Part shown: positions 49,299 to 59,500 of the stretch, piece by piece
How positions within the stretch are numbered: position 1 is the first letter of the stretch
How the letters are laid out: the number at the start of each line of letters is the position of its first letter
NCBI GenBank assembly: GCA_964005815.1
Contig: CAXFSR010000013.1
Span: 1-64,000 of the forward strand
Direction: 5' to 3'
Length of the DNA stretch: 64,000 bases
Origin: an uncultured Nitrospinaceae bacterium
GTDB lineage: Bacteria; UBA8248
Made by a program: the position numbers and the translations under genes
Notes under the pieces: model-generated
The model's input: the letters and a program-made list of their open reading frames with translations, nothing else
Database searches by the model: none
What the model was told of the DNA's origin: nothing

Positions 49299-50558
49299 TC
49301 AACCAAATCTTAACTCATCAATCGGATCTATTGAAGAAGCGCGCCATGCCGGATAAACAGTCGCAACTAGACTTACTAAAATAGACAAAAGAGAAATTGT
49401 TATTACTTCAAAAAACTGCATTTCTATAGGGAGTCTATCTATATGATAAATACTTGCTGGCAAGATTTCGAACCCAAAAAAATTTTCAAGAAAAGATTCT
49501 ACCAAATGTAGATTCCATCCTAACAACAAACCCAAAAAAATTCCCAGCATAGTCCCAATAAAACCGATAAATGCTCCTTGGAAAAAAAACAACCGGAGAA
49601 TAAAACTCTTGGTAGCTCCCATTGATTTTAAAATAGCAATATCTTTTCCTTTCTCCATAACCACCATTACAAGGGAACCTGCTATATTAAAAGCAGCAAC
49701 GATAACAACTAACATAAGAAGAATAGTCATTGTTGTTTTTTCAGTTTTAAGGGCCGAAAACAGGTTTTGATTCATCGTCTGCCAAGAACGAACCTCATAT
49801 TTGGCACCTATCCTATTTTTTATTCTTTTTGAAATTTTCTCAGAAAGAAAAATATCACTCACTCGAACATGTAAACCCGAAACGTAATTTCCTAATCCAA
49901 AAAAATCTTGAGCACCCTGAAGTGAAATAAAAGAAAGACCTGCATCATATTGATAAAATCCACTCTTAAAGATACCAGCAACAACAAAATCGTTAGCTCT
50001 AGGAATTAGTCCCATAGGGGTAACTTTTCCTATAGGGCTAATCATCTTAACGGTATCTCCTGGCTCTACTACCAATTTAGATGCTAATTCACTTCCTAGA
50101 ATTATTCCTCGTTTATTCTGTTTTTTTAGATCTCTAATTTTATTCAATGTACTTAAAGACATAAATTCAGCAAAATCTTTTTTACTAGATTTGTTTATAC
50201 TTATTCCCTTCACAACTGCACCCATAACCCTACCTCTAGATGAAAACATTACTTGTCCATAGATGAAGGGAGAGGAAGATCTTACTTTCTCTTCATCATT
50301 GATTTTTTTTGAAAGTTCTCTCCATTTTAAAATTCCTTCATTCCCGTGACTAGAAACTACTACATGACTCTGCATCCCTAAAATTTTTCTTCTAAGTTCT
50401 TTTTCAAATCCTGTCATAACTCCAACAACAACTATAAGAGCCATAACACCAAGACCTATCCCAAGAATAGAAATTAACGTTGTCACTGAAACAAAAGAAG
50501 AATTACGTTTTGATAGCAAATGACGTATCCCTATAAATATCTCTGAAAAGAACATCAT
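49299..50558 (-). CDS. lolE: Lipoprotein-releasing system transmembrane subunit (single LolC/E, LolF-type)
   Basis: GVMALIVV..VMTGF, AAFNI..SL...V.EK..DIAILKSMGA, YPAWRAS..DP. Confidence 0.9.
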   Translation of the reverse strand: MMFFSEIFIGIRHLLSKRNSSFVSVTTLISILGIGLGVMALIVVVGVMTGFEKELRRKILGMQSHVVVSSHGNEGILKWRELSKKINDEEKVRSSSPFIYGQVMFSSRGRVMGAVVKGISINKSSKKDFAEFMSLSTLNKIRDLKKQNKRGIILGSELASKLVVEPGDTVKMISPIGKVTPMGLIPRANDFVVAGIFKSGFYQYDAGLSFISLQGAQDFFGLGNYVSGLHVRVSDIFLSEKISKRIKNRIGAKYEVRSWQTMNQNLFSALKTEKTTMTILLMLVVIVAAFNIAGSLVMVVMEKGKDIAILKSMGATKSFILRLFFFQGAFIGFIGTMLGIFLGLLLGWNLHLVESFLENFFGFEILPASIYHIDRLPIEMQFFEVITISLLSILVSLVATVYPAWRASSIDPIDELRFG

Positions 50559-52115
50559 TTATCCTCTGTTCTTTCTTAATAATGGAAAAAAAATCACATC
50601 ACGTATAGATGGGGAATCTGTAAGAAGCATCACGAGTCGATCTATTCCAATTCCCTCGCCTGCAGTAGGTGGCAATCCATATTCTAAAGCTATAAGATAA
50701 TCTAAATCTATTTCATGGTTTATTGCCTCTTCAGTATCATCAGACTTGAGTTGTTCCTCAAATCTAACTCTTTGTTCATCTGGATCATTTAACTCAGTAT
50801 ATGCATTCGCAATCTCTCTTCCTGATACAAATAGTTCAAAACGCTCTACGATATCAGGATCACTTTCGAGAGATTTTGACAAAGGAGAAAGTTCCTTTGG
50901 AAAATCATAAATAAAGGTAGGTTGTATAAGTTTAGGTACAACTGTCTCATCAAAAATAAGTTCTAGAATCTCTACGTGACTTGCCGTATCCAACTGTGAA
51001 GAAGAACTTCCATGAGAAAGACCAGATGCAAACTTTTTAGCAACCTCTAAATCAGAAAGAACTTCTGTAGGGGCAGAACCTATTTCGACTATAGATTCGT
51101 GCCATTTATGTCTTTCCCATCCTTTTTCGAAAGACAATTCTATATCTCCGAATTTAACTTTTGTTTCTCCCTTTAATTTCTTGCAGATTTCAGAAATCAT
51201 AATTTCTGTCATTTCCATTAGATCATTATAGTCAGCATAAGCCTTATAAAATTCTATCATGGTAAATTCAGGATTATGTTGAGTAGAAATACCTTCGTTT
51301 CGGAAATTTCTATTTATTTCGTATACGCGGTCCATACCTCCAACAACCAAACGTTTCAAATAAAGTTCAGGAGCAACTCGAAGATAGAGCGGCATCTCAA
51401 GAGTGTTATGGTAGGTTTTAAAAGGTCTTGCAGTAGCTCCTCCAGCAATTGCATGCATCATTGGTGTTTCTACTTCTATAAATCCTCGGCTGTCAAGAAA
51501 ATCTCTCATTAACTTAATCAACTCAGTTCTTGTTTCAAAGACTTTCATAGAATCAGGATTTGCAATCAAATCTAAATATCTTTGTCTATACCTCGATTCA
51601 ACATTTTGTAGACCATGCCATTTTTCGGGAAGTGGCCGTAAATTTTTAGTCAGCAACTTAACCGTTCTAACCCAAACAGAAAGTTCTCCAGTTTTGGTTT
51701 TAAAAATCCCACCTTCAAAACCTGCAATATCTCCAATGTCTAATCCTTTTGCTTTTTCAAAACCTTCTTCTCCCAAATCTTTTTGCCTTACAAAGAGTTG
51801 AATCTGACCTGTACCATCTCTTAAATCCATGAAAATAACTTTCCCCTGCAATCTTTTCGCCATAATGCGTCCAGCAAGGGTGTAACTATTTTCTTTCTCT
51901 TCCTCTAATTCTTCCTTTGACAAGGAAGAAAACTTTTCCAAAATCTTTCTTATCTGATGTGAAACGGCAAATCTATTTGCGTATGGATTTACACCCTCTG
52001 AGCGAATTTCTTGAAGTTTATTTCTTCTTTGAGAAATTAAAAGGTTCTCTTCCTTTAATTCATCAGAAACTTCTTTATTATTTTCAGTATTAGATTCTTC
52101 AAGATCATCTTTCAT
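50559..52115 (-). CDS. lysS: Lysine--tRNA ligase (class II)
   Basis: [43 protein letters not shown]. Confidence 0.98.
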   Translation of the reverse strand: MKDDLEESNTENNKEVSDELKEENLLISQRRNKLQEIRSEGVNPYANRFAVSHQIRKILEKFSSLSKEELEEEKENSYTLAGRIMAKRLQGKVIFMDLRDGTGQIQLFVRQKDLGEEGFEKAKGLDIGDIAGFEGGIFKTKTGELSVWVRTVKLLTKNLRPLPEKWHGLQNVESRYRQRYLDLIANPDSMKVFETRTELIKLMRDFLDSRGFIEVETPMMHAIAGGATARPFKTYHNTLEMPLYLRVAPELYLKRLVVGGMDRVYEINRNFRNEGISTQHNPEFTMIEFYKAYADYNDLMEMTEIMISEICKKLKGETKVKFGDIELSFEKGWERHKWHESIVEIGSAPTEVLSDLEVAKKFASGLSHGSSSSQLDTASHVEILELIFDETVVPKLIQPTFIYDFPKELSPLSKSLESDPDIVERFELFVSGREIANAYTELNDPDEQRVRFEEQLKSDDTEEAINHEIDLDYLIALEYGLPPTAGEGIGIDRLVMLLTDSPSIRDVIFFPLLRKNRG

Positions 52116-52144
52116 AAATGCATCGCCTTTTATAAAATTAAGTA

Positions 52145-53249
52145 TTAAGTATCAATAAGAGTTCTCAAATAAGCATCTAAGAAAATATCTATTTTACCGT
52201 CTAAAACGGCATCTACATTTGAAAACTCGGTATTTGTTCTATGATCTTTTACCATACGATATGGATGTAAAATATACGAGCGTATCTGACTTCCAAAAGC
52301 TATTGTTTTTTTAGAGGCATGAATAACATCTTTTTTTTCTTGTTGTTTTTGTTTTTCGATTTCATACAATTGAGCTCTTAGGAGTTTTATTGCGGTTGCA
52401 CGATTCTTGTGTTGACTTCTTTCGTTTTGACATGAGACGACAATACCTGAAGGCAAATGTGTAATCCTGACAGCAGAATCAGTCGTATTCACGTGCTGAC
52501 CACCTGCACCAGAACTCCGAAAAACATCAACTCTCAAATCATTTTCAGACACATCTATAACAACATCATCATTTACTTCCGGGCTCACGTCTACAGACGC
52601 AAAAGACGTGTGTCTCCTTGAGTTCGAATCAAAAGGAGAAATTCTAATCAAACGATGCACACCAACTTCTGCTCGCAAATAACCGTATGCATATTCGCCT
52701 TCGACAATTAAAGTAACACTTTTAAACCCAGATTCATCGCCAGGAAAAACAGATACTACAGATACGGAAAAATTATTCTCTTCAGACCACCGCGTATACA
52801 TTCGGGTTAACATACCCGCCCAATCCTGACTTTCAACACCACCGGCTCCCGCATTAACCGATATTATTGCATTTGAATAATTATCAGGCGAATTCATTAT
52901 AGAACGAAACTCTTGTCGCTCAACTTCATTTTCGATAGAGAGAAGATTTTGGGAAATTTCTAATAGAATTTTTTCATCCTTACTGTGTTCTAGTTCCATA
53001 ATTTCTATAAGTTCTTTTTGGTCGGAAAGACTTGTTCCGATATTTTTCCATGAATCTAGGACTCTTTGATAAGATGCACGTTTTTTTAAAATATTCTGTG
53101 CTTTTTCAGAATCATTCCAAAAATCTGATTGTCCAGATATTTTATCTAACTTCTGACACTCAGATTCAACTTTCTCAAGGTCAAAGACGACCCCATAGAT
53201 CTTGAAGTTTGGATTCTAATAAATTTATTTTTTTTAACTGTTCTTCCAT
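52145..53249 (-). CDS. prfB: Peptide chain release factor 2 with programmed +1 frameshift
   Basis: SPF and GGQ motifs. True start is ATG 53249 (GGAGGAG RBS), giving [22 protein letters not shown] and then CTT TGA C; the +1 frame continues DLEKVESE... in frame with the 52145-52999 ORF. Confidence 0.96.
53180..53195 (-). promoter_or_regulatory. prfB +1 ribosomal frameshift cassette
   Basis: Minus strand TGGGGT-CGT-CTT-TGA-C: internal SD-like sequence, 3-nt spacer, slippery CTTT, weak UGAC stop. Confidence 0.93.
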
Positions 53250-53297
53250 TTCTCCTCCAATAACAGACGAAAAAAGAAAATAACTAAAGTAGTAGTA

Positions 53298-54845
53298 TTA
53301 TACCTCAGAAAATCTAGACCCTATCAAGTTCAAAACGAAGAAGAAACAAACACAGAGAACAAAAATATCACCGTATTTTGAATAAAACGTTTGAGAATTC
53401 TTATTTAATTTTATACGACCATTCCAAATCCATCTCTTAAAAAGTTCACTTTCAACCAATATCTTACCCTTTTCATCAATTACAGCGCTTATCCCAGTAT
53501 TTGCTACTCGTACTAATGGGGTACGCATTTCTATTGCTCTAAAAATTGCCATAGACAAATGTTGTTCTGAAGCCGCAGTTCTTCCAAACCAAGCGTCATT
53601 TGTCACATTCACTATAAAATCCACTTCTTTGAATTTTCTAACAACTCTGGGGAAAATAATCTCATAGCAAATCAAAGTTGAAAACTTATTTTCTCCTATT
53701 TCAAAAATAGTCTTTTTATTGCCTGTTTTAAATTGTCCAACAACAGGCACAAGCTTATTAACAAAAAACAAATAGTCTTTGAACGGCACATACTCGCCAA
53801 AAGGCACTAAATGTTTTTTGTCATACCTTGCAATTTTGGATCCCGAGGAATCAAATAAGAAAACTGAATTATATAACTCTTTCTTACCATCATTAGGAGA
53901 ATGTCCTAAAGCTCCAAGTAATAAATTAGTTTTCTTTAAAAAAACAAGTTTCTTAATCCATTCTGCCCAAAGAGATTTGTCTCTTAAGACTAAAGGCAGT
54001 GAAGCCTCTGGCCAAATAATTAGCTTTCTTTTCTTCTCTGAGACATTCATCTTTTTACTAACAGATTTTGTTTGAATTTCTAGAACATTTTTGATGTATC
54101 CAATGTACTCTTTAGACCATTTCATTTCGGGTGAAATATTAGGTTGAACTATCCCGATTTCTTGAATTTTTGTCTTTCCTGAGAAAAACCTAGGACTAAT
54201 TTTGAAATATCCATAACTGAAAATAAGAGCAGTAATTAATACTAAGAAAAGCCCTTCCCAGCGAATTAAACTCTTTGGACTAACAAAAGAATTAAACAAA
54301 ATATAATTAATTAAAATTATAAAAAACGATATGCCATAAATACCAGTCAAGTCAGCTATTTGTATTATATAATGCATCTCAAACTGACTGTATCCCACTA
54401 AAATCCAAGGGAAACCAGTAAATAAATGAGCACGGATAAATTCTAAAGATACCCATATAGATGGAACACTAAGAAAAAATAATGATTTAAACTTATAAGA
54501 AAAACGAACAAAAAAGAATGAAAAAAAAGCAAAATAAAGTGCCATATACAGTACAAGCAGAAAAGTCAAAAAATACGATAGAAAAGGATGCAAACCACCA
54601 TACGAAATCATCGTATTTTTCACCCAATGCACACTAAGACTATAAGCAACTACACCAGATAAGAGACCTAAACGGAAGGCTTGATGTGGACTTTTCCTGT
54701 ATATAGAAAAAAACAAAGGAACTAAAAAACAAAATGACAACTGACTGAATTTAAAAGGTGGAAAAGACAAAGAAAATAAAATACCAGAAAAAATTGAAAA
54801 AACTATACTTCTTGAACCAGAAATAATCTCTATAAATTTATACAT
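53298..54845 (-). CDS. lnt: Apolipoprotein N-acyltransferase
   Basis: TGFPW, QPNI, WPEAS, YDKKHLVPFGEY, ICYE, TNDAWFG, R.ANTGIS. Confidence 0.96.
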   Translation of the reverse strand: MYKFIEIISGSRSIVFSIFSGILFSLSFPPFKFSQLSFCFLVPLFFSIYRKSPHQAFRLGLLSGVVAYSLSVHWVKNTMISYGGLHPFLSYFLTFLLVLYMALYFAFFSFFFVRFSYKFKSLFFLSVPSIWVSLEFIRAHLFTGFPWILVGYSQFEMHYIIQIADLTGIYGISFFIILINYILFNSFVSPKSLIRWEGLFLVLITALIFSYGYFKISPRFFSGKTKIQEIGIVQPNISPEMKWSKEYIGYIKNVLEIQTKSVSKKMNVSEKKRKLIIWPEASLPLVLRDKSLWAEWIKKLVFLKKTNLLLGALGHSPNDGKKELYNSVFLFDSSGSKIARYDKKHLVPFGEYVPFKDYLFFVNKLVPVVGQFKTGNKKTIFEIGENKFSTLICYEIIFPRVVRKFKEVDFIVNVTNDAWFGRTAASEQHLSMAIFRAIEMRTPLVRVANTGISAVIDEKGKILVESELFKRWIWNGRIKLNKNSQTFYSKYGDIFVLCVCFFFVLNLIGSRFSEV

Positions 54846-54846
54846 A

Positions 54847-56742
54847 TTATTTAGATAAACCAGAAAGTGTCTTTGATTCTCCTAAATGATCACGAATCGC
54901 ATTTACTAGTTGAGCGTTAATCCCTTCTACTTCTAATAGTTCTTCATCAGTAGCAGAAGAAACCCCCATAACTCCATTAAACTTTTTTATCAAAGCCCTT
55001 CTTTTCTTTGGTCCTAAACCTTTAACATCACTCAAACTATTTTCGAAATTTTTCCTTTTTCTCTCTTTACGATGGTAGGTAATCGCAAATCTATGAACCT
55101 CATCCCTGATTCTTTGAATAAGATGTTTTTCATCACTATCATTATTTAGTTTTATGGGGGTTTTTTCTTCTGGAATATATATCACATCACTATCTGTTCT
55201 ATTATCAGAACCCCTTGCCTTAGAAATAGAACAAACACTTATTAAAGAAACTAAATTCAATTTTTTTAGAACTTCTAGAGCTGCATTAAGTTGACCTTTT
55301 CCCCCATCAATCAATAACAAATCAGGTAATAATTTACCTTCATTTTTAAGTCTTTTTAAACGTCTATAAACAATTTCTTTTATTGACAAGAAATCATCGG
55401 GCTTATTCATTGGATATCTTATTCTATATCTCCGATAATCATCATGGAATGGCAACCCATTTTTAAAAGCAACACTTGCACCGACTATTGAATTTCCTTG
55501 CAAATTTGAAACATCGAACGCTTCTATGCGTTCAGGATATTTTTTTAATTTCAACTTTGATTCAATTTCTTCCAATGTATTTCTTAATAGAGATTCTTCA
55601 TTTTCTTTAGATTCTATTTCTTCTAAAGCATTTAAACACGCCATTTTAAGTAATTTGTACTTTGTTCCCTTTTTAGGTATCTGTATTTCTACTCTCTTAC
55701 CTTTTTTAAGAGAAAGCCATTTGGAAAGAATATTTATATCTTCAGGGAGATCAGATAACAGGATTTCCTGTGGAATCAGATTTTGCTTATTGTAATACTG
55801 TTTAACAAAACCTGAAATTAATTCTTTCTTTGAAATTTGATTTTGTACTTTGAATGAAAAATTTTGATCACCTAGCAATCGACCTCCTCTCACATAGAAG
55901 ATACGAAAAGAAGCACGATTAGACTTCTCATAAAAACCAATTATGTCTTGATCACAATTTTTAGAATACAAAACCTTATGATTTTGGAGGACATACTCTA
56001 TACTTTTTAAATTATCGCGAATGCTTGCTGCTTTTTCAAATCTCATTTCTTCAGAACATACTTCCATTTCTTCACGCAACCTTTTAATCAATTCGCGATC
56101 TTTTCCTTTCAGAAAATCGATTGTGTTCTTTACACAAATATCATATTCGACTTTTGTTTGAAGTCCATCACATGGCCCAAAGCAACTTTTCATTTGAAAA
56201 TAAATACATCTTTCTGATGTTTTATCTTCTATTCCTCCGGTACATGACCTTACATAGAAAGTTTTTTGCAAAAATTTAACTGTTCTCCTCAAACTACTAG
56301 TAGAGGGAAATGGACCAAAGTAAAGATTATTGTCATCTAAAACTCTTCTCACTATCATTAAACGAGGAAAATCTTCGGATGTGGTAAATTTAAGATAAGG
56401 AAAACTTTTGCCATCTCTTAATTGTATATTATATAAAGGCTTATACTCTTTTATGAAATTATTCTCTAAAACTAGGGCTTCGACTTCATCAAAAGTTACT
56501 ATATAAGAAATTTCCGCAATATCTTCAACCATTTTTGAAATCCATGGACTCCGTCCATGGTTACTTGAAAAATAACTTCTTACTCTAGATCTTAATTTTG
56601 ATGCTTTTCCAATATATAGGACCTTTGCTTCAGAATTTCTGAAAATATAAATCCCTGGCTTTAAGGGCAACAACTTAAATGAATCTCTATTTGAAGTAGA
56701 AAGAATTGCAAACTTAGTTTCTTTAAAATTCAAAGTCTTCAT
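54847..56742 (-). CDS. uvrC: Excinuclease ABC subunit C
   Basis: GIY-YIG (PGIY...YIGKA..LRSRV.SYF), Cys cluster, IEAFD.S, LIDGGKGQ, RDEVHRFAI, HhH. Confidence 0.97.
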   Translation of the reverse strand: MKTLNFKETKFAILSTSNRDSFKLLPLKPGIYIFRNSEAKVLYIGKASKLRSRVRSYFSSNHGRSPWISKMVEDIAEISYIVTFDEVEALVLENNFIKEYKPLYNIQLRDGKSFPYLKFTTSEDFPRLMIVRRVLDDNNLYFGPFPSTSSLRRTVKFLQKTFYVRSCTGGIEDKTSERCIYFQMKSCFGPCDGLQTKVEYDICVKNTIDFLKGKDRELIKRLREEMEVCSEEMRFEKAASIRDNLKSIEYVLQNHKVLYSKNCDQDIIGFYEKSNRASFRIFYVRGGRLLGDQNFSFKVQNQISKKELISGFVKQYYNKQNLIPQEILLSDLPEDINILSKWLSLKKGKRVEIQIPKKGTKYKLLKMACLNALEEIESKENEESLLRNTLEEIESKLKLKKYPERIEAFDVSNLQGNSIVGASVAFKNGLPFHDDYRRYRIRYPMNKPDDFLSIKEIVYRRLKRLKNEGKLLPDLLLIDGGKGQLNAALEVLKKLNLVSLISVCSISKARGSDNRTDSDVIYIPEEKTPIKLNNDSDEKHLIQRIRDEVHRFAITYHRKERKRKNFENSLSDVKGLGPKKRRALIKKFNGVMGVSSATDEELLEVEGINAQLVNAIRDHLGESKTLSGLSK

Positions 56743-56746
56743 AAAA

Positions 56747-58747
56747 CTAAACCTTAATTCCTAATTGTTTTTTTTCATAACTAAAAATCTTGTCTCTTAA
56801 GAGAGCAGCATTTTCAAAATCTAATTTTTTAGCAGCCTCTCTCATTTCTATACGTAATTTTTCTAAATTAAGTTTGTCCTGTTCTGTAAAATATTCTATT
56901 TCCCTTCCGGATTCTATTTCACTCACATTCTGTCTTACTTCAGTTCTATCTTCACTGTTTAGCAGAGGATCTAATCTTTTTTCTATCGATTTAGGAATAA
57001 TTCCTTTTTCCTTATTAAATCTAAACTGTAAATCTCTTCGTCTATCCATCTCTTCGATAGCACTGCTCATACTCCTTGTCATTTTGTCAGCGTACATAAT
57101 AACTCTTCCATTCAAATGTCTAGCAGCTCTACCTGCAGTTTGTATAAGAGCAGTTTCTGATCTTAAAAAACCTTCTTTATCTGCATCAAAAATTGCAACT
57201 AATGCTACTTCTGGCAAATCAAGTCCTTCTCGAAGTAAATTGATTCCAATTAGAATATCAAATTCACCCGCCCTAAAATCTCTTATAATACTAACCCTCT
57301 CGACTGCGTCTATATCACTATGTAAATATCTGACTCTTAATCCGATATCATCGTAATACTCTGTCAGATCTTCAGAAAATCTTTTAGTAAGGGTAGTTGC
57401 TAGAACCCTGTCTCCCTGAGAAACAACTTTCTTTACCTCAGAAATAAGATCATCTACCTGTGATTTTGCAGAACGAACTTCAACAATTGGATCAATTAAT
57501 CCTGTTGGCCTAATAATTTGTTCAACAACCACATTACTACTATTAGAAACTTCATAATCACTTGGAGTAGCCGAAACATATAAAACTTCTGTTAATTCGG
57601 CCTCAAACTCATCAAATTTAAGAGGTCTATTATCTAATGCTGATGGAAGTCTAAATCCGTGTGATACTAAAGTTTCTTTTCGAGATCTATCGCCATTATA
57701 CATTGCACGAAACTGCGGAAGAGTTTGGTGGCTCTCATCTATAATAATTAAGGGATCATACTTAAAGTATGAAAACAAAGTGGAAGGTTGCTCTCCTTCT
57801 TCTCGACCATCAAGATGTCGACTATAATTTTCAATCCCATGGCAAAAACCAACTTCTCTTAACATTTCCAAATCTTCTCGTGTTCTGTCGCTTATACGTT
57901 TCCCTTCAAGGAATTTGTCCTCTTTTTCTAAGTAATTTATTTGCCCACACATTTCTTCCTCTATTTTATTAATCGCTATATTTAGTCTCTCATCTGGAGT
58001 TATATAATGGCTATTTGGATACAACTCTACAAAATTAATTTCTTCACCTTTAGACCTTCTTAAATGATCGATCTTAGAAATTTTGTCAATTTCATCTCCA
58101 AAAAGTTCAATTCGGACAATATAATCATCTATATGGGGAAGATGTATGTCTATGACATCTCCTCTCACTCGAAAAGTTGAACGTAAAAGTTCTATATCAT
58201 CTCTTTTATATTGTATTTTAACTAGATCTTTTAGAAATTCTTGGCGATTAATACTCATTCCTTTTTCTAACTTCAAATGTAAATCAGTAAAATCAGAAGG
58301 GTGACCTAAGCCATAAATGGAACTAACACTGGCGACTACCAATACGTCTTTTCTTGTTAGTGCTGAGAGGGTTGCTGAATGTCTAAGTCTATCAAGTTCA
58401 TCGTTAATAGACGCATCCTTTTCAATAAAAGTATTAGTAGTAGGGACGTAAGCCTCGGGTTGATAGTAATCATAATAACTTACAAAAAATTCTACGGCAT
58501 TCTTGGGGAAAAAATCTTTAAACTCATTATAAAGCTGAGCAGCAAGTGTTTTATTATGAGCTAAAACTAACGTAGGTTTATTTAATTTCTGAACAACATT
58601 TGCCATTGTAAAAGTTTTACCAGATCCAGTTACACCCAGTAAAACTTGCTTTTTCTTCCCATCTTGAAAATTCTTTACTATTCCATTAATCGCTGATGGC
58701 TGATCTCCAGCAGGGATAAAATCAGAAAAAAGTTGAAAATCACTCAT
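56747..58747 (-). CDS. uvrB: Excinuclease ABC subunit B
   Basis: PAGDQP, GVTGSGKT, SYYDYYQPEAY, DESH, GINLLREGLD, C-terminal UVR domain. Confidence 0.98.
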   Translation of the reverse strand: MSDFQLFSDFIPAGDQPSAINGIVKNFQDGKKKQVLLGVTGSGKTFTMANVVQKLNKPTLVLAHNKTLAAQLYNEFKDFFPKNAVEFFVSYYDYYQPEAYVPTTNTFIEKDASINDELDRLRHSATLSALTRKDVLVVASVSSIYGLGHPSDFTDLHLKLEKGMSINRQEFLKDLVKIQYKRDDIELLRSTFRVRGDVIDIHLPHIDDYIVRIELFGDEIDKISKIDHLRRSKGEEINFVELYPNSHYITPDERLNIAINKIEEEMCGQINYLEKEDKFLEGKRISDRTREDLEMLREVGFCHGIENYSRHLDGREEGEQPSTLFSYFKYDPLIIIDESHQTLPQFRAMYNGDRSRKETLVSHGFRLPSALDNRPLKFDEFEAELTEVLYVSATPSDYEVSNSSNVVVEQIIRPTGLIDPIVEVRSAKSQVDDLISEVKKVVSQGDRVLATTLTKRFSEDLTEYYDDIGLRVRYLHSDIDAVERVSIIRDFRAGEFDILIGINLLREGLDLPEVALVAIFDADKEGFLRSETALIQTAGRAARHLNGRVIMYADKMTRSMSSAIEEMDRRRDLQFRFNKEKGIIPKSIEKRLDPLLNSEDRTEVRQNVSEIESGREIEYFTEQDKLNLEKLRIEMREAAKKLDFENAALLRDKIFSYEKKQLGIKV

Positions 58748-58807
58748 AGAAAACCTTTTGCGATATAAAATCTAATTCAGAAAAAAGAAAGTGATTAAAA
58801 GAGAAGA

Positions 58808-59317
58808 TTAAAAATATTTTGTCCACTTCTCAGTGGAAAATATTACAGAAGATTTTCCAAAACCACCAATCAAGGGAAAAACAGGTTGAGTTGGTTTTGA
58901 AATAAGAATCATACCAACTTCCTCAGGAAGTCGATTACCCTTTTTCGCATTACAAACTCTACAACTACATACTACATTCTTCCAGGTCGATTTTCCTCCT
59001 TTGGAACGAGGGAAAATGTGATCCAATGTCATCTCGCCGTTAGAAGAACCGCAATATTGACATGTGAATTGATCCCTTTTCAAAACATTTTTTTTACTAA
59101 ACGGAACTTTTTTCTTTCTGATTTTCAAATAAACATACTTCTTAAGTCGAATCACAGAAGGAAGAAATAATTGGGAAGTCTCACTTCTTATTTCGAATTC
59201 ACCAGACTCCACGACCTCTGCTTTCCCAAGAAGACTCATCTTTATCGCTCGTTTTGCTCCACACACATTGATCGGCTCATAACTCTGATTTAAAACAAGA
59301 ACTCGAAAGGCTTCCAT
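58808..59317 (-). CDS. HNH endonuclease
   Basis: VLVLN.SYEP N-terminus; RD..TCQYCG, TLDHIFPRSKGG..W.N...C..CN..K; AGGAG RBS. Confidence 0.92.
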   Translation of the reverse strand: MEAFRVLVLNQSYEPINVCGAKRAIKMSLLGKAEVVESGEFEIRSETSQLFLPSVIRLKKYVYLKIRKKKVPFSKKNVLKRDQFTCQYCGSSNGEMTLDHIFPRSKGGKSTWKNVVCSCRVCNAKKGNRLPEEVGMILISKPTQPVFPLIGGFGKSSVIFSTEKWTKYF

Positions 59318-59500
59318 AAATAAATCTCCTAAGTAAAACAGGAATTCAAATATAACCTATTTATGGTAAAACATCACTTTGATAGGCAAAATTAGTATAA
59401 TAAATAAAGCAGATTCGAAAACAATAAATAAAAAACATTTCACGAGCTTAAAGATTTTTCAGTTATATTTTTCAATTTTAGTTTCGTCGGAGTTTGAAAA

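Noticed and set aside
52145..53249. prfB as a pseudogene or truncated gene
   Set aside because: The in-frame stop is the canonical CTT-TGA-C programmed frameshift
56543..56560. Short inverted repeat CCATGGAC/GTCCATGG inside uvrC
   Set aside because: Single copy within coding sequence; consistent with chance
56790..57356. 188-aa antisense ORF in uvrB, and the many other 60-145 aa antisense or alternate-frame ORFs in the track
   Set aside because: Shadow ORFs fully overlapping well-conserved genes, with no recognisable domains
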